DNA of 64,000 nt, taken from positions 1 through 64,000 of the IMG/VR virus record IMGVR_UViG_3300047318_000369. The stretch is one strand, 5' to 3'. The position numbers were made by a program, and so were the translations under genes. A model generated the notes under the pieces. The model was not told the origin of the DNA and did not search any database. It saw only the letters and a program-made list of their open reading frames with translations. Below, in pieces: positions 38,010 through 49,227 of this stretch. Numbering within the stretch: the stretch's first letter is position 1; the number at the start of each line of letters is the position of its first letter. The stretch is from a virus.

Positions 38010-40130
38010 ACGCCGAGACCTTCAACGCCCTGCACCCGGTCGGCACTCCGGTGCTCGCCTACCCCGGCGCCCGGCCGCATGGCGGCCCGAGTGACGAGAT
38101 GCTGATCACCCGCACCCGTACCGAGGCCCTGCACTCCGCCAGCGGCGACGGCGTCGTCTGGGTCGACGGCCACGGCGCCTACATCGCCCTCACCCACGTC
38201 GACCCGGTCACCGAGGAGGAGTGGCAGCAGGCGCGGATCGACCGCGATGCGACCACGGCGGCCCGGCGCGCCTCTCTCCTCGACGCCATCCGCGCCTACC
38301 CGGGCGGTGGTTGGACGCCGGACCGTGCGGCCTTCGCTGCGAAGCGGGCCGGATTCGGCTGGGCCGGTACGCGCACAGCGACCGCCGACCTTGAAGCCCT
38401 GGTCGCCGAGGGGCACCTGACGCCGGTCACCAAGGTGGTCATCAGCCACTACGACCTGACGGCGGCCACGTCATGACCCGCCCGATCGAAGACCTCGACG
38501 CCCCGCCGACGCTGCGCGACCGGATGGCCGCCCTGGTGGCCCGGCAGAAGGTCGACGCCTCAGCCGAGCGCCTCCGTCTGCTGCTGGCCGACCCGCAGGC
38601 CGGTGTTCACGGCCAGCACGCCACATCCGGTGAGGGCGCCGAAATGCGGCATCTGCTCTACGACGCCGACTCCGACGCCAGCGTCCCCGCCTTCCCCTAC
38701 CCGACCGCCCAGGAGGCGTCGAAGTGACTGCGATCTCGCTCCTCTCCATCAAGGTCGACTCACCGCCCGAGCAGCTCAGCCTCGACCCCGAGTACGGGCT
38801 GCTGCTGCGCCTCGAAGTCGGCGTCCACCTCAACCTGTCGGACGCGTCGGAAGCGACCTGCCGCACCATGGCCCGGCTCCTCATGCAGGCCGCCCGCATC
38901 AAGGCCAGCCAGACGCTGAAGCAGGTGGCCTGACATGGCGACCGCCGTGGACCCCCGCCCGCTGGCCGACCTGGAGATGGACGCCCTCGTCCGCGTCGAG
39001 CAGGAGATGGAGCGCCGCGCGCACGGCGTCCGGCCGTGGTCGATCGCCGACTACCTCGACCAGAACGCCGCCGAACACGCACGGTTCGAAGTCGCACGCC
39101 GGGTCCGGCTCGGGCGGGTGGCGTGATGACCGCTTCCCTTGACGCGATCCTCGCCGCCTCCTCAGAGACGGGCGCCGTGGTCACGATCCCCGGCCTCCTC
39201 CACTGGCTCGGCCGTGAAGCCAGCACCCCCGACCCCGACTTCACGGCCTCGATCGAGAGCGGATTGACCGAGGGCTATGAGGCCTACTGCGAGCGCATCA
39301 GCCGGACGGAGGCGACGTCATGAGCGGCCGGGAACTGGACCAGTACGTGCTGGCCGTCGGCGCCCCCACCGCCCGGCAAACCCGTGCCGCAGCCGTGCAC
39401 GTCGCGGACCGGATCGCCGCCGAGCACCCGCACCCGCTCGACGACGTCATGCCGAAGCTCGCCGGCAGGCAGCTCGCCAAGGACCCGGCCATCGCCGCCG
39501 GGGTGCTCGAACTCCTCGACGTGCTCGGGCTCATCACCACACGGCGGCAACCGGAAGGGGCCGAGTCGTGACCTCCGCCTTCCTCGCATGCGTCATCGCC
39601 GCCCTGCTGTGGGCCGCCGCCTACGACGCCTGCCGCAACAACGACCAACGCATTGCCGCCGAGAACGACGAGGAGCAGCAGTGACCCTCACCGACCTGAT
39701 CCCTTCCCTGACCGGCAAGCCGAGGCCCCGCAAGGCGAACCGCATCGAGGCCAGGCTGCGCAAGGCCCAACTCCACCTGGCTGCCGTCCGCGAGGACAAC
39801 GCCAAACTCCTCGACCGGCAGACCGCCGCCGACGACTTCTTCGCGATCCTCATGCACGACGTCGTCACCACCAACGCCGCGCTCGGCCTGGAACAGCAGT
39901 TGCGCGCCGAAGCCGAAATCGACCGCGACGAGTGGCGGGACGAAGCGCTCGCCCTGCATGCCCGGTTCAGTGCGCAGATCGCCGCCGAGGCCAACGCAAC
40001 CGCGGTCGACGTGCCGCCCCTGAAGCGCATCGGCTGCGACGACGACACCGCATCCGTCGACGTCACCACGCTCTGGGAAGCCGCCGAAGCGGGCCTGCTG
40101 CCCGGCTGCGGTCCAGGGCGCCTCACCTGA
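38006..40130 (+). other. cluster of small coupled hypothetical early genes (38006-38476, 38473-38727, 38724-38933, 38935-39126, 39126-39323, 39320-39571, 39568-39684, 39681-40130)
   Basis: Chain of overlapping stop/start codons with protein-like translations. Confidence 0.6.
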
Positions 40131-40239
40131 ACCCGCCGGCGCGGGCGATGACTCGCTCTCGCCTCGCTGGCGCCCAAGAAGAAACCCCGCACGCGGCTGG
40201 CATGCGGGGGCCCACCACCAGCATCTCAGAAGGAATCCG

Positions 40240-41037
40240 ATGCCCCAGATCAGCTTCCCCCTCGACAAGGCGCACCAGGCGCTCGACGAGTTCCTGACCG
40301 GCGAGGACGCCGTCGACCACCTCGGCAACCGGTACAGCCGCCACATCTACGACGACAAGGAGAACGGCGTCGCCGTCATCCTCAGCGACGAGGAGTACCG
40401 CACCTACCTGACCGGCTACCAGGCCTGGCAGGACTCGCAGGAGCCCACCGACTCCCCGGACCTTGAGCCCGGCTACCGGCCCTACGTCCACTCGCCCGAG
40501 GCGACCGTCAACCGGCTCCTGCCGCATGAGCCGCTCCACGCGCCCCTCGCCCACGCCATCTACAAGAAGGACTACGACGAGCTGGAGCAGCGCGACCAGG
40601 ACTTCATCGTCGGCGTCGCCATCAACTGCCTGCTCCGCACCACCCTCGACCCCGACACCCAGGGCGCCGTACCGATCCTCATGCTCAGCCACAACGGCGA
40701 CGACCCCGAGTCCCGCACGTTCTGGCAGCTCGCCTACAAGACCGACGTCGACGGTCTGTTCCTGCGCGCCACCGGCAACGGCTTCTTCGGCGACGAGTGG
40801 GCCATCGTCACCGGCTCCGGATTGCGCCTCGCCAAGGGCTGGTGGTCGAAGGACGACGCGGCCCGCGCCGCTGCTGCGATCGCACGGGTCCTGCCCTACA
40901 TCGACTGGATGTCCGCGGACGCCGCGAACTTCACCGACAAGTCGAAGGCGGCACTGAAGGCGACGATCCGCCGCTACCACTTCGCTGGCCTCCGCGAGGA
41001 CGCGCCGGAGCCCGAGCCGCTCACGGCCGAAGTCTGA
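40240..41037 (+). CDS. hypothetical protein
   Basis: AAGGA RBS; 265 aa. Confidence 0.7.
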   Translation: MPQISFPLDKAHQALDEFLTGEDAVDHLGNRYSRHIYDDKENGVAVILSDEEYRTYLTGYQAWQDSQEPTDSPDLEPGYRPYVHSPEATVNRLLPHEPLHAPLAHAIYKKDYDELEQRDQDFIVGVAINCLLRTTLDPDTQGAVPILMLSHNGDDPESRTFWQLAYKTDVDGLFLRATGNGFFGDEWAIVTGSGLRLAKGWWSKDDAARAAAAIARVLPYIDWMSADAANFTDKSKAALKATIRRYHFAGLREDAPEPEPLTAEV

Positions 41038-41049
41038 GGAGGGACCGCC

Positions 41050-41391
41050 ATGTCATCCACCACCCACGAAGTCCGCGCCAGCCAGACGGATGCCCCGGTC
41101 CTCGTCCAGGCCATCGAGCCCGTGCCCGGCCTGTTCGTGTACGAGCAGCCCGAGGAACTCCGCAGGCCTCTCGACGACTGGTATCCGTGGCGCCTCGGCC
41201 ACCACTCCGGGCTGATCGTCGCCGCCGCCATGTATGAGGACGACGCCATCCGCGGCGCACAGAAGATCGCCGACCGGGCCGACTGGACGCAGGACGTCGA
41301 GGAGTTGCGGACCGCGATCGACGCCGACGGCCTGTACACGGACCTCAGCTGGTCCTCCTGCGAGCACCCCACACTCGCCCGCCTCATCTGA
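41050..41391 (+). CDS. hypothetical protein
   Basis: GAGGAGG RBS. Confidence 0.65.
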   Translation: MSSTTHEVRASQTDAPVLVQAIEPVPGLFVYEQPEELRRPLDDWYPWRLGHHSGLIVAAAMYEDDAIRGAQKIADRADWTQDVEELRTAIDADGLYTDLSWSSCEHPTLARLI

Positions 41392-41516
41392 CCAACAACC
41401 CCACAGCCGCGGCGCGTTGAGCCCCCACTCCGCGCCGCACCAGGGCAGCTCGCCCCGCACCACCCCCCTGGTCGGGGCGAGCTGCCCGCCCATTACGACA
41501 CCCGAAAGCGAGTCCC

Positions 41517-41744
41517 ATGAGCACCGAAAGCACCACAAAGCCTGTCACGCCACTGCGGTGCACCCGCTGCGGCGACGAGGACGGGCCGTTCACCGCCGAC
41601 GGCCTGTGCGAGGAGTGCGACCCCGAGGCGCGGCTGCTGTCCGCACTGGAAGACGGCGGCTGGCTGGGGGACAACGCCCGCCGGCTCATCGACGCCTACG
41701 CGGCAGTTGTCGTCCACCGGGCGCGGGCGGGGGCTGCGCGATGA
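41517..41744 (+). CDS. small Cys-rich hypothetical protein
   Basis: CTRCG...CEEC. Confidence 0.55.
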   Translation: MSTESTTKPVTPLRCTRCGDEDGPFTADGLCEECDPEARLLSALEDGGWLGDNARRLIDAYAAVVVHRARAGAAR

Positions 41745-42235
41745 CCGCCGCGGTGGAGCAAAGTCTGCGCGCCTGGGTGGAGGTCCCGGCATTGGACTCG
41801 GGAACCCAAGTGACAGTCCTTGTGGACGTCGATGACTACATAGCCCTCGATGGGCGGCGCCTGTCCATCGGCTCGCACGGCTATGCCCAGATCTGGGCGC
41901 GCCCCGGGCTGCGCCTTCTGCACAAGTGGATCATGGGCGTCCCAACCGGCACCCGGTACCGCGTAATCGTCGACCACATCAACCGCGACACGCTCGACTG
42001 CCGCCGTTCGAACTTGCGCCTAGTCACCCCGACGCAATCGAACCTCAACAGGGTGGTCGCGGCCCGGGATCTTCCCATCGGCGTCTATCGCACCCGCAAT
42101 GGCAAGTTCGACGCCCGCATCAAGCGGGCGGGCGTCGCGCATCACCTCGGAGTCTTCGATAGCCCGGAACAGGCCGCCGACGCGGTCAGTGTCGCTCGCG
42201 CCCTTTTCGACGCCCCTGCGGAGCGTGCCGCATGA
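41741..42235 (+). CDS. HNH-AP2 homing endonuclease
   Basis: LHKWIM...VDHINRDTLDCRRSNLR; AP2-like GVY...KFDARI...HLGVFDSPEQAA. Confidence 0.85.
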   Translation: MTAAVEQSLRAWVEVPALDSGTQVTVLVDVDDYIALDGRRLSIGSHGYAQIWARPGLRLLHKWIMGVPTGTRYRVIVDHINRDTLDCRRSNLRLVTPTQSNLNRVVAARDLPIGVYRTRNGKFDARIKRAGVAHHLGVFDSPEQAADAVSVARALFDAPAERAA

Positions 42236-43065
42236 CCGCCGCAGTGGAGGCGCCGGCCGAGGTCGAGCCCGGCGTGTACGACATCGACGCCGAGCTGTAC
42301 CACTCGGACCCAGTTCCGGGCGGCAGTCTCTCCTCGACCGGAGCCCGCACGCTGGTCTCTCAGTGCCCGGCGAAGTTCCGGCACAGCCTGGACCACGCCG
42401 AGCCCTACAAGGCCGCCTTCGACTTCGGCACCGCCGCACACAAGGTCGTCCTCGGCGACGGGCCCGAACTGGTCCTGGTCGACGCTGCCCGCTGGGACAC
42501 CAACGCCATCAAGGCCAAGGTCGCGGAGATCCGCGAAGCCGGAAACATCCCGCTCAAGCGGCCCGACCTCGAACGCGTCCACGACATGGCGACCGTCCTC
42601 AGCCAGAACGCCGAGGCCGCCGACCTTCTCGCCCCGGGCAGCGGCACCGCAGAGCAGTCCCTGTTCTGGAAGGTCGGCAACGTCTGGTGCCGGGCCCGCA
42701 TCGACTGGCTCCGCCCCGACGACTTCGTCGACTACAAGTCCTGCCGCTCAGCCCACCCGGACGCCATCCAAAAGGCGGTCCAGGACCACGGCTACCACAT
42801 CCAGGACTACTGGTACCGGCGCGGCGCCATCGCCCTCGGCCTGATCCACCCCCAGGCGCCGTCCCACTTCATTTTTCAGGAGAAGGAACCGCCCTATCTG
42901 GTGACGGTTGCCCGCCTCGACCTCTGGCACCCCATCGCCTACCAGGCCTGCGAGCGCGCCCTGTTCCTCTACGAGACCTGCCGCGCCGCCGACGACTGGC
43001 CGGCCTACACCACCGAAACCGCATACATCTCGCCGCCCGCCTGGCTTGAGCGCCAGTTCGCCTAG
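42232..43065 (+). CDS. RecE/ExoVIII-like PD-(D/E)XK exonuclease (DUF3799-like)
   Basis: YHSDP, LSSTG, FGTAAH, RARIDWL, VDYKS, YHIQ, QEKEPPY. Confidence 0.88.
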   Translation: MTAAVEAPAEVEPGVYDIDAELYHSDPVPGGSLSSTGARTLVSQCPAKFRHSLDHAEPYKAAFDFGTAAHKVVLGDGPELVLVDAARWDTNAIKAKVAEIREAGNIPLKRPDLERVHDMATVLSQNAEAADLLAPGSGTAEQSLFWKVGNVWCRARIDWLRPDDFVDYKSCRSAHPDAIQKAVQDHGYHIQDYWYRRGAIALGLIHPQAPSHFIFQEKEPPYLVTVARLDLWHPIAYQACERALFLYETCRAADDWPAYTTETAYISPPAWLERQFA

Positions 43066-43075
43066 GAGAAACCAG

Positions 43076-44032
43076 ATGAGTCAGCTTCCCCCGCCCGTCC
43101 GCACCGGCCGCCAGCAGCCACAGGCCGACCAGTACGACGACGCCCCGTTCACCTTCCGCCCGGCCACCAAGGACGGCTTCACCGCCACCGTCGCCATCCA
43201 GGGCCCCTCCGGATCCGGCAAAACCTGGACCGGCCTCTCCATCGCCAGCGGTCTCGCCGAAGGGCAGCGGTTCGGGGTCATCGACACCGAACGCCGCGCC
43301 GCCAGCCTCTACATGCGCGACATCGACGCCACCTTCGACACCCTGCCGATGCACCGTTACGACCCGCGAGACCTCCAGAAGGCGCTCGCCGCCGCCGCCC
43401 AAAACGGCTATCCCGTCGTGATGGTCGACTCCCTCAGCCACTTCTGGAAGGGCACCGACGGCACCCTCGACCAGGTCGACAAGGCCAAGTCGAAGTACGG
43501 CGGCAACAAGTTCGCGGGGTGGAAAGACGGCACCCCCATGCAGAACGAAATGATCGAAGCGCTCATGTCCTACCCGGGGCACGTCGTCGTCACGATGCGG
43601 TCCTACGTCGACTGGGTCCTCGTCGACAAGAGCCCCGTCAACCAGGGCATGCGCGCAGAGCAGCGCCGTGGCATCGAGTTCGAGTTCGGTGTCGCCGCAG
43701 AGATGGACTCGGCCAACCGCCTGCGGTTCATCAAGTCCCGCTGCCCCGCCTTCCGTGGCCTGCTCCTCGACCAGCCGCACGGGGCGCGCGACATCGCCAA
43801 GCCGTACCTGGACTGGCTACGCGACGGCGGCAAGGAAACCGACTCCAGCGTCTGGATCGACGCGGCCAGCTCGTCCGAGGCCACCGCCGACAGCCTCCTG
43901 TCGCTGTACCGCGACGTCGAAGCGGCCAGCGCCCTCGCCACCCCACTGATGCACCCGCAGACCGGCCAGCCGACCAATCTCGGCGACTTCATCAAGGAGC
44001 GCGGCAAGGCGCTCAAGAACGCCCAGCAGTAG
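43076..44032 (+). CDS. AAA_24 / Sak4-like ATPase
   Basis: GPSGSGKT, VIDTE, VDSLSHFW, EFEF; next to RecE-like gene. Confidence 0.82.
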   Translation: MSQLPPPVRTGRQQPQADQYDDAPFTFRPATKDGFTATVAIQGPSGSGKTWTGLSIASGLAEGQRFGVIDTERRAASLYMRDIDATFDTLPMHRYDPRDLQKALAAAAQNGYPVVMVDSLSHFWKGTDGTLDQVDKAKSKYGGNKFAGWKDGTPMQNEMIEALMSYPGHVVVTMRSYVDWVLVDKSPVNQGMRAEQRRGIEFEFGVAAEMDSANRLRFIKSRCPAFRGLLLDQPHGARDIAKPYLDWLRDGGKETDSSVWIDAASSSEATADSLLSLYRDVEAASALATPLMHPQTGQPTNLGDFIKERGKALKNAQQ

Positions 44033-44099
44033 CCCACCCCGTTCGGCGGCCGGCCCTACCCGAAATAGGGCCGGCCGCCACCAGACAGGAGACCACAGC

Positions 44100-44393
44100 A
44101 TGCCTGACCTTCTCGTTCAGATCGGCGGCGAGACCTTGCCGCTCCGGTCCTGCCACTGGGTTCTCTTCGGCCCGAACGACTGCGCCTACGGCTCCGAGTA
44201 CGGAGACGGCGCGGTCGATGCCGAGCAGGCCCACAAGAACCTGCGGCCCTACAAGCGCGACCGCGACCGGGAGATCAAGCAGGGCTACCGGATCGAACTC
44301 CTCAGCAAGACGCAGTGGCAGGACCAGGCCGCGGCCTGCTTCTACGGCACCTGCACCCACCAGCCCCTCCGACGTGCGGCGGTGGCCCAGTGA
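44100..44393 (+). CDS. hypothetical protein
   Basis: AGGAG RBS. Confidence 0.6.
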   Translation: MPDLLVQIGGETLPLRSCHWVLFGPNDCAYGSEYGDGAVDAEQAHKNLRPYKRDRDREIKQGYRIELLSKTQWQDQAAACFYGTCTHQPLRRAAVAQ

Positions 44394-44785
44394 AGGCCCT
44401 CACCGTCCGGCAACCGTGGGCCGGCGCGATCGCCCATCAGACGAAGAGGGTCGAGAACCGCACCTGGCAGCTTCCGTCGAAGCACTGGGGTGCCCGCATC
44501 CTCATCCACGCCGGAGCGCAGCGGGACCGGTTCGCGGTCGTCTACGGAGACCACCTCGACGTGTACTCCGCGATCGTCGCCGTCGCCACGGTCACCGGCT
44601 GCCACTACTCGGAGGACGGCCGCTGCTGCGGTCCGTGGGGCGAGGAGAACGTCTACCACTGGGAGCTGGCCGACGTCACCGCGCTGCCCGAGCCCGTCCC
44701 GGCCAAGGGGGCGCTCGGGTTCTGGACGCCCGACGAGGAGACCGTCAACGCCGCACTCCGGCAGGACACGGGGGTGGCGTGGTGA
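44390..44785 (+). CDS. ASCH-domain protein
   Basis: KALTVRQPWA...KRVENRTW...ILIHAG...KGALGFW. Confidence 0.85.
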   Translation: MKALTVRQPWAGAIAHQTKRVENRTWQLPSKHWGARILIHAGAQRDRFAVVYGDHLDVYSAIVAVATVTGCHYSEDGRCCGPWGEENVYHWELADVTALPEPVPAKGALGFWTPDEETVNAALRQDTGVAW

Positions 44786-45543
44786 GCCGCTGGTACGTCC
44801 GCCAGTCGACGAAGCGCGGCGGCATCCACCCGCCTCGCACCGCCCTCAACCGCGTCGGTGAGCCGTCGTCGGCGATGCGCCGCCAGGAAGGGCGCATCCG
44901 CGAAAAGCAGATCCTCGCCAACTATGTGCAGCTCAAGCCCGGCGTCCTCGTCATCTGGGACCGGCAGCCGCACCGCGTTGTCGAACTCGCCGAACGCCCC
45001 CTCGACCTGTGGGGCGACAAGCACGAGATGCGGTACGCCACCGCCCTTGAACGCTGGGAGCGTCTCGGACATAGGGGCGATCGGCCCGAGAAGGCCACCT
45101 GGGACGGCCGCCCCTATGTCTTCGTCCTCCAGCCCGACGGCAAGCCGCACGAGGAGCCCATCCACCTCATCGGCCCGGCCGACACATCGTGGGACGTCCT
45201 CCCCGAGCACTACGCGATCTGCTCGGCCTGCGGCGAACTCCCGCCCTGCCGCGACGAGCTGAACGAACGCGAAGCCGACCAGCAGGCAGCCAAAGCAGAC
45301 GTCGTCATGGACATCCCGCCCGGCCACTGCCTCGGCTGCGGCGAGTTCGTCACCACCCGCCAGAACGCGGCCCGCTTCCCCGGCCCCAACCTGTGGCGCC
45401 CCGACCTGCCCGAAAACTCCGCGGTGTTCCACGCCCGGCAGGAGTGCTCCGGCGAAGTCGAACGCTACCGGCGCCAGTGGGAAGCCCGCGGCAACAACGA
45501 CACCCAGCCCAGCCTCTTCGCCGACGAGGAGCCCACCTCATGA
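44782..45543 (+). CDS. hypothetical protein
   Basis: GTGA coupling; CSACGELPPC, CLGCG. Confidence 0.65.
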   Translation: MSRWYVRQSTKRGGIHPPRTALNRVGEPSSAMRRQEGRIREKQILANYVQLKPGVLVIWDRQPHRVVELAERPLDLWGDKHEMRYATALERWERLGHRGDRPEKATWDGRPYVFVLQPDGKPHEEPIHLIGPADTSWDVLPEHYAICSACGELPPCRDELNEREADQQAAKADVVMDIPPGHCLGCGEFVTTRQNAARFPGPNLWRPDLPENSAVFHARQECSGEVERYRRQWEARGNNDTQPSLFADEEPTS

Positions 45544-46882
45544 CCCACATCCAGCCCGCCTTCGACGGCCCGCACCTCGCCGCCGCAGCCCCGGCCGCCA
45601 CCCGCCGCGTCATGGACGACTACGAGGCGTGGATCGACGAGGTCACACCGTTCTACGAGGCCGCCGCCGACACCCGCCAGCCGTTCACGATCGACGAGGT
45701 CGCGAGCCGCCACCACCTGCCGGATCCGCCGAAGCCGAAGAGTATGTGGGGCAGTCTGCCGCGGCGCCTCCTCGACGCCGGGATCATCCAGCACGCCGGC
45801 GCCTCCACCTCCGCCCGCGCCGGCTACTCCATGGTCCACCGGTGGATCGGCGTACCCGCCGCCCACCGCGAAGCCGTCGCCCGGCTGCGGAAAGAGCAGA
45901 AGAAGGCCGCCCGGACCGCACGCATGGACGGGCGGAGGGCCGCCTGATGAAGAAGACCATCCGCGACAACTACCGCCTCGAAGTCACCCCCGAAACCTGG
46001 GGCTACGGCACCCGCGTCACCGACAGCCACGAAGCCATGCAGCGCCTGCTCACCGACCTGGCGAAGGCCGTGACACGGCACGTCGACGGCGTCGAGCAGA
46101 CCGTGCCGCGCTGGGACACCCGCCAGGAGTGCTCCTTCTGCGGCCTCGGCTGGGAGGTGCTCACCGCCAAGGAAGCGGCGGACCCGCGCAGCCAGGAAGA
46201 CGAGCACTCGGTTGAGGGCGAGCCCGTCTGCTGCGAGAAGGCCATCGACGAGTTCCGGGCCGAGCGCGGGATTCCGGCGCTCGCCGAGACGGGCGGTGCG
46301 GCATGAGCCTCGCCGCACACATCGACCCCACCGACCCGCTGCTGGTCGCCATCGCCGTCGGCGCCTGCTTCGCCGCCGGTGCAGGCCTCGGCTGGCTCAT
46401 CAACTGGGCGTACAGGGCCGTCGGGAGGCGGACGTGAGCCACAACGGCACCCTCCCCACCGTCGCCAACTGGTACGTCAACCAGCTCGCCACCTACGGCT
46501 GGCCCGTCCTCGTCGTCACCGCCATCGCGTGGACCGCCGCCTGGTGCGGCCTCGGCGTCCTCCTCAACGGGGGGCGGTCATGAACCCCGACCTGTACGGC
46601 GCGTGGCTCACCGCCGGCAACAACCTGCAGCCCGTCGGGGCGTGGCTCGGCCGGAACTGGATCTGGCTCGCCGCCGCAGTGGTGGCCGCCGGATTCGCCT
46701 GGTGGGCGCTGCGGCGGGAACTCCGGGCCGCTGGCGAGCACGTCGCGGCCATCCTCGCCGGTCAGCGGCAGCCCGGCACCGACACGGGGCTGTACCTCAA
46801 ATGCGTCGCCATCTACGGCGACTGCGACGAACTCGACCGACTCCGCGATGCCATCGACCAGCACCGGAAGGACATGCCGTGA
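45540..46882 (+). other. small coupled hypothetical genes (45540-45947, 45947-46306, 46303-46437, 46434-46583, 46580-46882), the last three membrane-like
   Basis: Overlapping stop/start chain; hydrophobic segments. Confidence 0.6.
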
Positions 46883-47262
46883 GCCGCTACGACTGGATGG
46901 ACAGCGCGGCCTGCGCGCAAGTCGACCCCGAAATCTTCCACCCCACCGGCAACCCCACCCGGCAGGCCAAGAACGTGTGCGCCCGCTGCCCCGTCCAACG
47001 CCAATGCGCCAGCTTCGCCCACGCCGTCGAAGGCGAAGTCAGCCACCCCCACCGGCACGGACTGTGGGCCGGAATGTCCGCCCGCGACCGGGCCGGCCGC
47101 GCCGTCGAAGACGCCCGGCTCAAGCGCGACGACACCATCTGGCGGCTCCACACCCGCGGCGGCATGACCGCCGACGAAATCGGGGTGGCCGTCGGCTGCG
47201 ACGCACGCACCGTCTACCGCGTCCTCAAGCAGACCCGCGGCTCCTACAAGGAGGCCGCGTGA
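46879..47262 (+). CDS. WhiB-family protein with C-terminal HTH
   Basis: WMDSAAC..DPEIF..C..CPV..QC..HGLWAG; MTADEIGVAVGCDARTVYRVL. Confidence 0.85.
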   Translation: MSRYDWMDSAACAQVDPEIFHPTGNPTRQAKNVCARCPVQRQCASFAHAVEGEVSHPHRHGLWAGMSARDRAGRAVEDARLKRDDTIWRLHTRGGMTADEIGVAVGCDARTVYRVLKQTRGSYKEAA

Positions 47263-47636
47263 ACACCGCCGACTGGCGCCACCTCGCGGCCTGCCTCGAC
47301 CACGACCCCGAACTCTTCTTCCCCGTCGGCGACTCCAATGCCGCCCGCCTACAGGCAGAGGACGCCAAGAGGATCTGCCACACCTGCCCCGTCGTCGAGC
47401 AGTGCGCCCAGTGGGCCATCGACAACCGCATGGAGACCGGCGTGTGGGGCGGCCTCGACGAAACCCAGCTCCGCAACATCCGCCGCCACCGCACCCCATC
47501 ACGACGCACACCCGCCCGCTGCGGCACACGGCCCGGCTACAAGCGCCACCACCGCGAAGGCACACCCGTCTGCCAGCCCTGCAACGACGCCAACCGGGCT
47601 TACGCCAACCAACGACTCCAGAAGGAAGCCGCCTGA
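47259..47636 (+). CDS. WhiB-family protein with C-terminal Cys/His motif
   Basis: WRHLAAC..DPELFFP..CHTCPV..QC..GVWGG; CGT..GYKRH...CQPC. Confidence 0.9.
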   Translation: MNTADWRHLAACLDHDPELFFPVGDSNAARLQAEDAKRICHTCPVVEQCAQWAIDNRMETGVWGGLDETQLRNIRRHRTPSRRTPARCGTRPGYKRHHREGTPVCQPCNDANRAYANQRLQKEAA

Positions 47637-49105
47637 TGATCACCCTGACCGACCTGTTCTGTGGGGCTGGCGGCTCCTCCACGGGCGCCATCCAGATCCC
47701 GGGCGTGGAAGTCGTCATGGCTGCGAACCACTCCCGGCACGCCATCGACACCCACCAGGCCAACCACCCCGAAACCCGACACGACTGCGCCGACATCAGC
47801 CAGGTCGTCCCCGGCCGCTACCCCGCCACGGACATCCTGTGGGCCTCCCCGGAGTGCACCAACCACTCCGTCGCGAAGGGCAAGAAGCGGGACCACGGCG
47901 AGTGGGACGACGGCCTGTTCGCCCCCGACGGCGTCAGCGAGGCAGAGATCCGCTCCCGCGCCACCATGTGGGACGTCCCACGCTTCTGCGAAGAGCACGC
48001 ATACCGCATCGTCATCGTCGAGAACGTCGTCGACTCCCGCTGGTGGGGACCCAAGTCACGGCCCGGAGCGATCTACGAGTCGTGGCTGCACACCATGCGG
48101 CACGGCCTCGGCTACTCCCACAAAGCCGTCTACCTCAACAGCATGTTCGCCGCCATGCTCGGCGACGGCGCCGCCCAGTCCCGCGACCGCAAGTACGACG
48201 TGTTCTGGCTCCCCGAGAAGGTCGAGCACGCCCCCGACTTCGACAAGTGGCTGCGGCCCACCGCCAGCTGCCCCATGCACGGTCCAGTCCGGGCGATCCA
48301 GTCCTGGAAGACAACGAAGATGTGCTCGCCAACCCGACCGTGGGGCCGGTACGGCAAGACCGGCCAGTACATGTGGCGCTGCCCGCAAGTCGCCTGCCGC
48401 AACGCCATCGTCACCCCCACAGTCCGGGCCGCCTCCCAGATCATCGACTGGGGACTGCCCGCCCGCACCATCGGCGAACGCAAGGGCACCAAAGACGAGT
48501 TGGCGGCCAACACCCTGCGCCGCATCAACGCCGGATACGAGAAGTTCTCCCGCCCATTCCTCGTCCCGAACGAGGGCCGCGAGAAGCCCCCGATGGACAT
48601 CCTCGACCCGCTGCGCACCGTCACCACCCGCAACGAGACCGGCGTCGCCCTGCCGCCCTACATGGTGGAACTCCGCGGCGGCGGATCCTCCCACCGCGCC
48701 ATCACCGAACCGCTGTCCACAGTCACCGCAGGCGGCAACCACCACTTCCTGGTGAGCGCCCCCGACATGGTCCTGCCGTACTACAGCAGCAGCATCGCCC
48801 AGCCGGCCGCGCAACCACTCGGCACCGTCACAACCGTCGAGGGCCACGCCGCGGTGTATGGGGGCCGGGTGCGATCGGTCGACGACTGCCGCTACCGGAT
48901 GTTGGAGCCGCACGAGTACCAGGCGGCGATGCACTTCCCCAAGGGGTACATCCTCACCCCGGCCGATAAGCGCACCAAGGTCAAGATGCTCGGCAATGCC
49001 GTCACGCCGAACGCCGCCCGCGACCTAGTCGCGATGGCCGTCGAAGCACTCACCGGCGAAGACATCGAGTGCCCCACCGCGCCGCAACTCGCAGCCGCCG
49101 CATGA
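47636..49105 (+). CDS. C5 cytosine DNA methyltransferase
   Basis: Motif I DLFCGAGG, IV SPEC, VI ENV, VIII QSRDR, X GNAV. Confidence 0.92.
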   Translation: MITLTDLFCGAGGSSTGAIQIPGVEVVMAANHSRHAIDTHQANHPETRHDCADISQVVPGRYPATDILWASPECTNHSVAKGKKRDHGEWDDGLFAPDGVSEAEIRSRATMWDVPRFCEEHAYRIVIVENVVDSRWWGPKSRPGAIYESWLHTMRHGLGYSHKAVYLNSMFAAMLGDGAAQSRDRKYDVFWLPEKVEHAPDFDKWLRPTASCPMHGPVRAIQSWKTTKMCSPTRPWGRYGKTGQYMWRCPQVACRNAIVTPTVRAASQIIDWGLPARTIGERKGTKDELAANTLRRINAGYEKFSRPFLVPNEGREKPPMDILDPLRTVTTRNETGVALPPYMVELRGGGSSHRAITEPLSTVTAGGNHHFLVSAPDMVLPYYSSSIAQPAAQPLGTVTTVEGHAAVYGGRVRSVDDCRYRMLEPHEYQAAMHFPKGYILTPADKRTKVKMLGNAVTPNAARDLVAMAVEALTGEDIECPTAPQLAAAA

Positions 49106-49227
49106 CCGCCCGCCCCCCACCGGCGCGCCGGGCCCTGACACCCATCCCGCACACCAGCCGGACATGCACCCCAAGGCAGACATAGCGAAGCCCCGCCGAG
49201 GCGGGGCTGGGAGGAGACGAGGTGACG

